A stretch of DNA of 64,000 nucleotides, taken from positions 2,952 to 66,951 of the forward strand of contig CAVXDS010000012.1 of the NCBI GenBank assembly GCA_963760665.1, written 5' to 3'. Below the pieces are notes generated by a model. The model was given only the letters and a program-made list of their open reading frames with translations, made no database searches and was not told the origin of the DNA. How positions within the stretch are numbered: the first letter of the stretch is position 1; the number at the start of each line of letters is the position of its first letter. The translations under genes and the position numbers were made by a program. This document shows positions 1 through 11,055 of the stretch, piece after piece. This DNA comes from an uncultured Actinomycetes bacterium. GTDB lineage: Bacteria; Actinomycetota; Thermoleophilia; Solirubrobacterales; 70-9.

Positions 1-2
1 TC

Positions 3-467
3 TACCCGCGTCACCCCCTGGCGCCGGTCGAGGGGCCGTTCAACGCGGTGATGGTGGAGGCGCCGACGATCACCGAGATCACGATGTCCGGGCCGGGCGC
101 GGGCGGGGTCGCGACGGCGTCCGCGGTGCTCGGCGACGTGGTCTCGATCCTCTCCGGCCGGGCTCCCGTGCACGCGGCTCGCGCAACGCTTCCGATCGTG
201 CGCGACATCAGCTCCTCCTTCTACCTCCACCTCGAGGTGGCCGACCGGCCGGGGGTGCTGGCGCGCGTCGCGGATGTGCTGGGGCGCAACGAGGTCTCGG
301 TGCGAAGCGTCGTTCAGCGGGGGCTGGGAGACGACGCCCGGCTGGTGATGGTCATGCACGAGGGCCCGGAGTCGCAGTTCTTCAAGGCGCTCGACGAGAT
401 GGCCCCCCTGGAGTTCATGCGCGCGCAGCCACGCGCGATCCGAGTGATCGAAGAAGAGTTCGTGTGA
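3..467 (+). CDS. hom: homoserine dehydrogenase, C-terminal part (5' end lies outside the window)
   Basis: The frame is open from the window edge. It shows ...HPLAPVEGPFNAVMVEAP...GPGAGGVATASAVLGDVVSI, then an ACT-like regulatory domain (FYLHLEVADRPGVLARVADVLG). It lies upstream of thrC. Confidence 0.85.
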   Translation, partial: YPRHPLAPVEGPFNAVMVEAPTITEITMSGPGAGGVATASAVLGDVVSILSGRAPVHAARATLPIVRDISSSFYLHLEVADRPGVLARVADVLGRNEVSVRSVVQRGLGDDARLVMVMHEGPESQFFKALDEMAPLEFMRAQPRAIRVIEEEFV

Positions 468-925
468 TCCCGGCAATCCGGCGCGCGGCCGAGGCCGACG
501 CCGGCGCCGTCCGGGCTCTGGCCCAGCGGGCATACCAGCGGTACGTGGGGCGGATCGGGCGCCGGCCGGCGCCCATGGACGCCGACTACGAGCGGCTCAT
601 CGCCCGGGGTCTCGTCTACGTGATCGGGGATCCGATCGAGGGGATGATCGTGCTGGTGCCCGAGGCAGATCACCTGCTGGTCGAGAACGTCGCCGTCCTT
701 CCAGCCTCCCAGGGCCGGAGCCTGGGTCGCCGGCTGATGCGGTTCGCAGAGGAGGAGGCCCGCCGGCTGGGACTCGAGGAGATCAGCCTTTACACGAACG
801 AGCGCATGACCGAGAACCTCGCCCTCTACGCCCGCCTCGGGTACGAGGAAACCGAGCGCGCCTCCGGACAGGGATTCGCCCGCGTGTACCTTCGCAAGCG
901 CGTCGCCGACGAGCATCCGGGTTAG
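464..925 (+). CDS. GNAT family N-acetyltransferase
   Basis: 153-aa ORF whose GTGA start overlaps the hom stop. It has a Q/R-x-x-G-x-G/A type acetyl-CoA loop (QGRSLGRRLM) and size typical of GNAT. Confidence 0.7.
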   Translation: MIPAIRRAAEADAGAVRALAQRAYQRYVGRIGRRPAPMDADYERLIARGLVYVIGDPIEGMIVLVPEADHLLVENVAVLPASQGRSLGRRLMRFAEEEARRLGLEEISLYTNERMTENLALYARLGYEETERASGQGFARVYLRKRVADEHPG

Positions 926-937
926 GGTCCGGGTGAG

Positions 938-1972
938 ATGCCGACTCCCCTGATCGAGCGATATCGCGACCGGCTGCCGCTTGAGCGAGACGATCCGGTG
1001 GTCACCCTCCACGAGGGCTCGACGCCGCTGGTGGAGGCGCCGGTGATCTCCGAGCGGGTCGGCGCAAGCGTCTACCTGAAGCTCGAGGGTGCCAACCCCA
1101 CCGGAAGCTTCAAGGACCGGGGGATGACGCTCGCCGTGTCGCGGGCCAAGGGCGGGGGCGCCGAGGCGATCATCTGCGCCTCCACGGGGAACACCGCGGC
1201 GAGCGCGGCGGCCTACGCGGCGCGGGCCGGCCTGCGCGGGGCGGTGATCGTCCCGGAGGGGAAGATCGCAATCGGCAAGCTCGCCCAGGCGCTGATCCAC
1301 GGGGCGCGCGTGATCGCCTTGCGCGGTAACTTCGACCAGGCGCTCGAGATCGTGCGCGAGCTCGCGAAACGCCACCCTGTGGAGCTGGTCAACTCGATCA
1401 ACCCGTACCGGATCGAGGGTCAGAAGACGGCCGCGTTCGAGGCTTGCGACGAGCTCGGCGGGCCGCCGGACGCGCTCGCGATACCGGTCGGGAACGCGGG
1501 CAACATCACCGCCTGGTGGCAGGGCTTCCGGGAGTACGAGGCGGCGCCGGTGCTGTATGGCTTTCAGGCCGAGGGGGCCGCGCCGCTGGTCCACGGCAAA
1601 CCGATCGCCGAGCCGGAGACGATCGCCTCGGCGATTCGGATTGGCAACCCGGCGCGCTGGGAGGAGGCGATGGACGCCGTCACCGGCTCACGGGGGCGGA
1701 TTGCGGCGGTCTCCGACGAGCAGATCCTCGACGCCTACAGACTGCTCGCCTCGCGCGAGGGCGTCTTCTGCGAGCCGGCTTCCGCCGCGTCGGTGGCCGG
1801 GATTCTGGCTCATGGGCTCCCGGCCCCCGAAGGTGGCGAGCCGCCGACTTCGGTCCTCTGCGTGCTCACGGGCCACGGCCTCAAGGACCCGGACACCGCG
1901 CTGGGCAAGGCGCCCCCGGTGGTCGGCTGCGAGGCCGAGGTCGGGGCCGTGGAGCGGGCGGTGTTCGAATAG
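938..1972 (+). CDS. thrC: threonine synthase
   Basis: 344-aa ORF with the PLP-lysine motif [19 protein letters not shown] and GNAGN loops. Confidence 0.93.
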   Translation: MPTPLIERYRDRLPLERDDPVVTLHEGSTPLVEAPVISERVGASVYLKLEGANPTGSFKDRGMTLAVSRAKGGGAEAIICASTGNTAASAAAYAARAGLRGAVIVPEGKIAIGKLAQALIHGARVIALRGNFDQALEIVRELAKRHPVELVNSINPYRIEGQKTAAFEACDELGGPPDALAIPVGNAGNITAWWQGFREYEAAPVLYGFQAEGAAPLVHGKPIAEPETIASAIRIGNPARWEEAMDAVTGSRGRIAAVSDEQILDAYRLLASREGVFCEPASAASVAGILAHGLPAPEGGEPPTSVLCVLTGHGLKDPDTALGKAPPVVGCEAEVGAVERAVFE

Positions 1973-2061
1973 CGATCGCCGGTTGTCCCGCCGGCCCTTC
2001 GCGTCCTCGCAGCGGCCCTTGGCACGCCGGAGTCCGGTCCCGTGAGAACCTGTGGCCCTCC

Positions 2062-2226
2062 TTGAGCCCCGTCGTCATCTACGTCGCGATGATCGTCGCG
2101 CTTGTCCTCTGCGTCGCCTCGGTGATCGTCTACAGCCCGCCGACGAGACCGTGCCACCAGTGCGGCAGACGGCTTGCGACCACCGCCCGCCGCTGCCGGC
2201 ATTGCGGCTATCGCTTCAGCAGCTAG
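2062..2226 (+). CDS. small membrane-anchored zinc-ribbon protein (start uncertain: TTG 2062 or ATG 2089)
   Basis: The in-frame tail of ORF 1444..2226 reads LSPVVIYVAMIVALVLCVASVIVYSPPTRPCHQCGRRLATTARRCRHCGYRFSS, one TM helix plus CxxC-x10-CxxC. A clear paralog lies at 39800..39967. Confidence 0.4.
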   Translation: MSPVVIYVAMIVALVLCVASVIVYSPPTRPCHQCGRRLATTARRCRHCGYRFSS

Positions 2227-2340
2227 CAGCCGGCCCCGACCCACAATCGCCGTGCGGGTAGCGCCCAGGCGCTCCAACGCGCGCGATTCGCAACGGTCTG
2301 CGCGCCACGGGTTCGACCCGAACGTCGACGATCGCCACGG

Positions 2341-2955
2341 ATGCTCGCCGAGCTTCTTGGCCTGGTCGCGCCGCCGCGCTGTGCCGTGTGCGCGCGGGAA
2401 TGCGGCTTGCGGAAGCACCTATGCGAGCGATGCGAGTCCGGGCTGCGTGGACTGGCGCCGTGCTCGACTCCGGTTCCGGGGCTCGACCAGGCCTGGTCGG
2501 CCGCGCCGTATGAGGGGGTGGCCCGGGACCTGGTGGTGGCGCTGAAGTTCCAGGCGCGGCTTCGACTTGCGAGGCGGGCGGCCGCGGTGATTGCCGAGCG
2601 AGCGCCGGTCGACCTGCTTCAGGGCGTGATCGTCCCTGTCCCGCCCGCGCCGGCGCGCCGGCGACGAAGGGGGTTCGACGCGGCGGAGGAAATCGCCGCG
2701 GCGCTCGGGCTCGAGACCGGTCTGCCGCTCGGGCTCTGCCTGGGGCGCTCGCAGGGACGGCGCCAGGTGGGGCGCCCGCGGGCCGAGCGGCTGGCTTCTC
2801 CGCCCCTCGTGCGCCTCGCCGGCCCGCCGCCCTCCTCTGCGGTGCTGGTGGACGACGTGGTCACCACTGGCGCGACGCTGGGGGCCTGCGCCCGGGCGCT
2901 GCGGTCCGGCGGTTGCGGCGGTGTCGTGGCGTTGACCTTCGCCCGGTCGGGGTGA
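2341..2955 (+). CDS. comF: ComF family protein (phosphoribosyltransferase-like)
   Basis: N-terminal 4-Cys cluster (CAVC...CERC) and PRTase motif VLVDDVVTTGATL. It sits in the conserved comF-hpf-secA-prfB order. Confidence 0.8.
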   Translation: MLAELLGLVAPPRCAVCARECGLRKHLCERCESGLRGLAPCSTPVPGLDQAWSAAPYEGVARDLVVALKFQARLRLARRAAAVIAERAPVDLLQGVIVPVPPAPARRRRRGFDAAEEIAAALGLETGLPLGLCLGRSQGRRQVGRPRAERLASPPLVRLAGPPPSSAVLVDDVVTTGATLGACARALRSGGCGGVVALTFARSG

Positions 2956-3051
2956 GCGGTTGGGCTTGCTTTTCGACCGCAGAAGCGCGACCCTATTCAG
3001 GACACGCGCCACAAGCACGCCTCTGGGGCTGCACTGACGAGAGGAGGGCGC

Positions 3052-3399
3052 ATGCGAATCGAGGTCAGGGGACGGAACACCGAGGTCACCGACGAGCTTC
3101 GGCGCCATGTCGAGAAGCGCTTTGCGCGGATCGGCAAGCAGGTCTCCGAGCTGGCCGTCCTCGAGGTGGAGCTGAGAGAGGAGCGCAATCCCTCGATCGC
3201 CGACAGCGAGGTGGCCGAGGCCACCTTGCACCTGAAGCGAGCGACGCTGCGAGCCAGGGAGGCATCGCCCGAGATGCTCCACTCGATCCACGTTCTGGCC
3301 GAGGACTTGCGCCGCCAGGTGAAGCGCCATCGCGACAAGCGCCGCAAGCGCACCCAGACCCGCCGGCTGATGTCCCGCCTGCGCGGCCGCGCGGCCTGA
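3052..3399 (+). CDS. hpf: ribosome hibernation promoting factor (short HPF/RaiA type)
   Basis: MRIEVRGRNTEVTDELRRHVEKRF... sigma-54 modulation/S30EA fold signature. Basic C-terminal tail. Confidence 0.85.
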   Translation: MRIEVRGRNTEVTDELRRHVEKRFARIGKQVSELAVLEVELREERNPSIADSEVAEATLHLKRATLRAREASPEMLHSIHVLAEDLRRQVKRHRDKRRKRTQTRRLMSRLRGRAA

Positions 3400-3441
3400 C
3401 GAAGACGCTCCCGAAGCACGACCGCGTCAGGGCGTGGCAGG

Positions 3442-3891
3442 ATGGCGCTGGTGAAGGCGACGATGATCCTGGCCGACGCTGCCCAGGCAGCGGAGGGGAA
3501 GCTCTACATACTGGGCGGCGGCTGGTCGGTCACCGGTCCCGCACCCAGTCCCTCCGCGATCGCCGTCTTGATCCAGGTGCCGTGGGACCGCACGAACGTG
3601 GAGCACACCTTCCGCGTCGAGCTGATCGACAGCGACGGGGATGAGATCGTGCTGGAGACCGAGGCGGAGGGTGCGCAGCCGGTGGTTATCGAGGGAGCTT
3701 TCGAGGTTGGCAGGCCGCCAGGGATCAAGCCAGGGGTTCCCATCGACGTACCGCTCGCCATCAATGTCGGCGCGCTCCCCCTGGCACCCGGAGGCCGATA
3801 CGAGTGGCGCCTGTCAATCGACGGAGAGAGCCACGAAGATTGGCGGTTGGCATTCTCAACCCGCCCCGCGGGCGACCCGAACCAGGCTTAG
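3442..3891 (+). CDS. hypothetical protein (149 aa, no signal peptide or recognisable motif)
   Basis: Clean ORF with GC3-rich codons and an ATG start, lying between hpf and secA. I did not recognise a family. Confidence 0.6.
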   Translation: MALVKATMILADAAQAAEGKLYILGGGWSVTGPAPSPSAIAVLIQVPWDRTNVEHTFRVELIDSDGDEIVLETEAEGAQPVVIEGAFEVGRPPGIKPGVPIDVPLAINVGALPLAPGGRYEWRLSIDGESHEDWRLAFSTRPAGDPNQA

Positions 3892-3940
3892 GCCCGAAGT
3901 CCGCCCCAGCCAGCTCGCTCGGCCGCTACCCTCAGAGTCC

Positions 3941-6799
<2,859 letters not shown>

Positions 6800-6802
6800 C
6801 TA

Positions 6803-7201
6803 GTGGCCACTAGCGGCGCCGACGCCACCCGCACCTTCATCCAAGCATTCAACGACGAGGATCTGGATGCGCTTCTCGCCGTGCTCGACCCGGAGGTGGA
6901 GATCCAGGCCTCACGGGGGATCGTCATCGGCCACGACGAGGTCCGCCGGTGGGCGACCCGGAACGTCAGGGGGCACCTCCACCAGCGCCTCGTCCTGGAA
7001 GCGGTTCGCGAGCAGGGCAACCACGTGATCGCCTTCGTGCGGCGCGAGTGGCTCTGGCGCGAGGAAGGAGATGTGGCCGACTCCCGGGACCTGACGATCG
7101 TGGCGACGATCGGCGATCACGGCCTGATCACCCGCTGGCAGCCCTTCGACGATCGCGACGACGCCCTCCAGGCTGCTGGGGCAAAGACCGCTGAGTCGTG
7201 A
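6803..7201 (+). CDS. SnoaL/NTF2-like fold protein
   Basis: 132-aa ORF. FIQAFNDEDLDALLAVLDPEVE is a typical NTF2-like N-terminus. The GTG start lies inside a palindrome at the secA stop. Confidence 0.55.
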   Translation: MATSGADATRTFIQAFNDEDLDALLAVLDPEVEIQASRGIVIGHDEVRRWATRNVRGHLHQRLVLEAVREQGNHVIAFVRREWLWREEGDVADSRDLTIVATIGDHGLITRWQPFDDRDDALQAAGAKTAES

Positions 7202-7818
7202 GCGACGCCCTCGCCGCGGGGCCCGATGGACGACTGCGCTGTCGCTGGGGAGTCTCGGCACCCGAGTACGTCGACTACCACGACCGTGAGTGGGGCCGCC
7301 CGGTCGTCGACGACCGCGGCCTCTATGAGCGCCTCTGCCTGGAGGCGTTCCAGTCCGGCCTCTCCTGGCTGACGATCCTTCGCAAGCGCGCGGCGTTCAG
7401 GGCTGCATTCGCCGAATTCGAGATCGACCAGGTCGCAGCGTTCGGTACCGGCGATCTGAAGCGGCTGCTGAGCGACGAGCGAATCGTCCGCAATCGCGCC
7501 AAGATCGAGGCGGCAATCGCCAACGCGCGCGCGGCCACCGAGCTTCGCGATCAAGAGGAGTCGCTCGCCGGGCTGATCTGGTCGTTTCGCCCCGACACCC
7601 AAGGTCGGGCGCCACGCTCCTACGACGACGTCCCGTCCACGACCCCCGAGTCCAAGGCTCTGGCCCGGGAGCTGAAGCGCCGTGGCTTTCGCTTCGTCGG
7701 GCCGACGACCGCCTACGCCCTGATGCAGGCCTGCGGGCTCGTCAACGATCATCTCGCCGGCTGCGCGGTACGGCAGGAGGTCGAGGATGAGCGCCGGCGT
7801 GCAGTCGGCGCGCACTAA
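7198..7818 (+). CDS. tag: DNA-3-methyladenine glycosylase I
   Basis: YHDREWGRPVVDDRGLYERLCLEAFQSGLSWLTILRKR and a C-terminal H/C zinc-site region. GTGA overlap with the upstream gene. Confidence 0.9.
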   Translation: MSDALAAGPDGRLRCRWGVSAPEYVDYHDREWGRPVVDDRGLYERLCLEAFQSGLSWLTILRKRAAFRAAFAEFEIDQVAAFGTGDLKRLLSDERIVRNRAKIEAAIANARAATELRDQEESLAGLIWSFRPDTQGRAPRSYDDVPSTTPESKALARELKRRGFRFVGPTTAYALMQACGLVNDHLAGCAVRQEVEDERRRAVGAH

Positions 7819-7828
7819 GCTCTGGGTC

Positions 7829-8943
7829 ATGGCCGAGGCCGTCTCCCGAGAGAGCGTGTCCGCGCGGCTCGCGGAGGTCCGCGAGGGCCTGACGCTGCTC
7901 GCGGACTACCTTTGACCCCGCCAGGCTCGCGTCCGAGGTAGAGCAGCTCGAGGCGGAGATGCAGCGGCCCGGCTTCTGGGACGACTCCGAGCAGGCCGCC
8001 CGCACGTCGGCGGCGCACGCCGCCGCCCAGCGCAGGCTGCAGACGTTTCGCTCCCTGGAGTCGGATCTGGCGGATCTCGAGGAGCTTTCCGAGCTGGCGG
8101 CCGACGACGCCCAGCTGGCCGGCGAGCTCGACGCCCAGCTTCGCTCCCTGGAGCAGCGATTGGGGACGCTCGAGGAGGCGCGCCTGTTCAACGGCCGTTA
8201 CGACGCGGGCGACGCCGTGGTCACGGTCCGTTCCGGGGCCGGCGGCACCGACTCGCAGGACTGGGACGAGATCCTCCTGCGCATGTATCTGCGCTGGGCC
8301 GAGAGGCGCGGTTTCAAGGTCGAGATCGAAGGAGGCATCCCCCGGCGACGAGGCCGGGCTCAAGTCGGCGACCTTCATCGCCCGGGGTGAGAATGCGTAC
8401 GGCCTGTTCGCCGCCGAGCGCGGCGTTCATCGCCTCGTGCGCCTGTCGCCGTTCGACGCCGCCCACCGCCGTCACACGAGCTTCGCCGAAGTGGACGTTG
8501 GGCCCCTGGTCGACGACGCCGTGGAGGTGGACCTGGACGAGGAGGACCTGCGCGTCGACACCTACCGCGCCTCGGGAGCGGGCGGCCAGCACGTCAACAA
8601 GACCGACTCCGCGGTCCGGATCACCCACCTGCCCACCGGGATCGTCGTGCAGTGCCAAAACGAGCGCTCCCAGGCGCAGAACAAGGCGGTGGCCATGCGG
8701 CTGCTGCGGGCGCGCCTGCTGGAGCTCCAGGAGCGCAAGCGAGCGGAGGAGCTGGCGGCTGAGCGCGGCGAGCAGAAGGACGTCGGCTGGGGCTCGCAGA
8801 TCCGCAGCTACGTGCTGCACCCGTCCCAGCGGGTCAAGGACCACCGCACCGGCCACGAGGTGGGCGACGCCCAGCGCGTGCTCGACGGCGATCTCGACGG
8901 GTTCGTGCGGGAGTACCTGCTGAAGAGCGCCACCGACGGCTAG
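7829..8943 (+). CDS. prfB: peptide chain release factor 2, with the canonical programmed +1 frameshift plus a second, unexpected frame break near 8331
   Basis: ATG 7829, 28 codons, then CTT TGA C (7910-7916), and the protein continues in the +1 frame ([24 protein letters not shown]...). The conserved body includes SPF (RLSPFD) and GGQ ([21 protein letters not shown]). The body is split between the frames of ORF 7959..8390 and ORF 8437..8943. The homology junction falls at ...GFKVEIE|[15 protein letters not shown].... Confidence 0.9.
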
Positions 8944-8985
8944 CGCCTGCTCCAGGCGGGCCCAGCCACCCGCTACGTTTCACGC

Positions 8986-10149
8986 GTGGCCGTCAGGGTC
9001 GCCGTGGGCTGCTCCGAGGGCTTCGACGCGGTCGAGGCCTTCTCCGAGGCATCTCTTGACGCGGCCCGCAAGCTCGATGGCCCTTGCGATCTCTGCCTGC
9101 TGTTCGCCGGCGCCCCCCACCTGGGCCACGCCAAGTGGATCCTGTCGACCGTCCATGAGCACCTCGAGCCCCGCCACCTGATCGGTTGCGGGGCCGGCGG
9201 CGTGGTCGGCGCCGGTCGTGAGATCGAGGAGGGGCCGGCCGCCGTCGTCTGGGCGGCCTCGATGCCGGATGCCGAGGTCGCGACCCACCACTTCGAGGTC
9301 GAGCAGGCCGACGCGGGAGGTCACGCGGTGCTCGGAGTTCCGGACGCGGACGAGCTCGGTCAGACGATGATCCTGCTCGCGGACCCCCATAGCTTCGCGA
9401 CCGAGGCGCTGCTGGACCGGCTCCACGAGCTGCGGCCGGGCATGCCCGTGCTCGGCGGCCTCGCCAGCGCCTCCGCGGCCGGCTCGGCTTCGCTGTTCCG
9501 GAACGGCGACGTGCTCACCGGCGGCGCGGTGGCCTGCTCGCTCTCCGGGGCGCCGATCCTGCCGTGCGTGTCTCAGGGCGCAGCCCCGGTCGGCCCGGAG
9601 ATGACGATCACCGCCGCGGACCGCAATGTGATCGAGGAGCTGGCCTCGAGGCCCGCGATCGAGCGGCTTCGCGAGGCGCTCACCGCCCTCGACGCGCGCG
9701 AGCAGCAGCTCGCCGCCTCCGGTCTGATGCTCGGAATCGTGATCGACGAGAACCAGCCCGAATATGAGCGCGGCGACTTCCTGGTGCGCCCGATCATCGC
9801 CGCCGACGGCGAGGCGGGGACGATCGCTCTCGGGGAGCGGGTACGGGTCGGGCAGACCGTCCGCATGCACATCCGCGACGGCGCCTCGGCCGACGAGGAC
9901 CTGCGCGAGACGCTCCGCGGCCAGGTTGAGGCGCTCGGCTCGACGCGGCCGGCCGGCGTCTTGCTGTTCACCTGCAACGGCCGCGGCTCGCACATGTTCG
10001 GGGTGCCCGACCACGACGCGTCGGCCGTCGAGGACGCATTGGGTGTCCCGGCCGGCGGGTTCTTCTGCGCTGGGGAGATCGGGCCGGTTGGGGGCCGCAA
10101 CTTCCTCCACGGCTTTACGGCGACGATGGCGGTGTTCGCGGACGAGTAG
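8986..10149 (+). CDS. FIST domain signal-transduction protein
   Basis: 387-aa ORF with the N/C two-lobe organisation and a C-terminal ...FFCAGEIGPVGGRNFLHGFTATMAVF signature typical of FIST_C. Confidence 0.7.
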   Translation: MAVRVAVGCSEGFDAVEAFSEASLDAARKLDGPCDLCLLFAGAPHLGHAKWILSTVHEHLEPRHLIGCGAGGVVGAGREIEEGPAAVVWAASMPDAEVATHHFEVEQADAGGHAVLGVPDADELGQTMILLADPHSFATEALLDRLHELRPGMPVLGGLASASAAGSASLFRNGDVLTGGAVACSLSGAPILPCVSQGAAPVGPEMTITAADRNVIEELASRPAIERLREALTALDAREQQLAASGLMLGIVIDENQPEYERGDFLVRPIIAADGEAGTIALGERVRVGQTVRMHIRDGASADEDLRETLRGQVEALGSTRPAGVLLFTCNGRGSHMFGVPDHDASAVEDALGVPAGGFFCAGEIGPVGGRNFLHGFTATMAVFADE

Positions 10150-10190
10150 GGCCGGTGGTGCGGCGGGCGGCCGGCGGTACGGTTGCGCCG

Positions 10191-11055
10191 ATGCCGGATC
10201 GCGAACAGCTGCGAGATCTCGTTGCGCGGGCACTTGCCGAGGACCTGGGAGCGGGCGACATCACCTCCGAGGCGACCGTCCCGGTGGGCGCCATGGCCAA
10301 CGCGAGGATCGTGCAGAAGGAGCCAGGCGTCGTTTTCGGGCTCGAGGTCGCCGCCGAGGCCTTTGCTCCAGGCCGGCGCCCCGGACTTCGAGCCGATCGC
10401 GATCGAGGGCGAGTGGCGCGACTCCGTCCCCGCCGACGTCGCCCAGCTCAGCGGCCCGGCCCGAGCGCTGCTCGCCGCCGAGCGCACGGCGCTCAACCTG
10501 CTCTGTCACCTCTCGGGCGTGGCGACGCTGACGGCCCGGTTCGTGGATGCGGTCGCAGGAACCGGCGCGGCGATCCTCGAGACGCGCAAGACGACCCCGG
10601 GGCTGCGGGCGCTGGAGAAGGCCGCCGTCGCGGCGGGCGGCGGTCGCAACCACCGTATGGGCCTCTACGACGCCGTGCTGATCAAGGAGAACCACATCGC
10701 CCTGGCGGGCGGTCTTGCCGAGGCGGTGCGGCGCGCCCGCGAGGCCGAGCCCGAGCGCGAGATCGAGGTCGAGTGCCGAAGCGCCGAGGAGATCCAGGAG
10801 GCGCTGGGGACGGGCGCCGACCGCCTGCTTCTGGACAACATGGATCCTGCGCAACTGCGGGCCGCGGTCGCTGCCCGCGACGCGGACGCCAAGGCACACG
10901 GCCCCCTGGCGACCCTCGAGGCCTCGGGCGGGATCACCTTGGACAACGTGGCGGAGGTCGCCGCCGCCGGCGTCGACTTCGTCTCGGTCGGCGCCCTCAC
11001 CCACTCGGCCCCCGCGCTTGACCTGAGCATGCTTCTGCAGCCTGCCGACCGGTGA
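10191..11055 (+). CDS. nadC: nicotinate-nucleotide pyrophosphorylase (carboxylating), with an apparent 1-nt frame disruption near 10362-10366
   Basis: The N-terminus (MPDREQLRDLVARALAEDLGAGDITSEATVP...GVVFGLEVAAEAF) is in the frame of ORF 10155... The remainder (LQAGAPDFEP...AERTALNLLCHLSGVATLT...TRKTTPGLRALEKAAVAAGGGRNHR...ASGGI) is in the frame of ORF 10183..11055. Confidence 0.88.

Noticed and set aside
2174-2545. ORFs bridging the region between the small zinc-ribbon gene and comF (for example 2174..2545 on the plus strand and 1810..2418 on the minus strand)
   Set aside because: The translations are Arg/Ala/Pro-rich with no motifs. They overlap better-supported genes.
8322-8345. Second prfB break as a genuine programmed frameshift stimulated by the internal AAGGAGG
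   Set aside because: The homology junction falls inside the SD-like word itself. No slippery codon, stop codon or rare codon follows at the correct spacing. Similar one-base breaks occur in unrelated genes, so an indel artefact is favoured. It is still listed as a finding to be checked.
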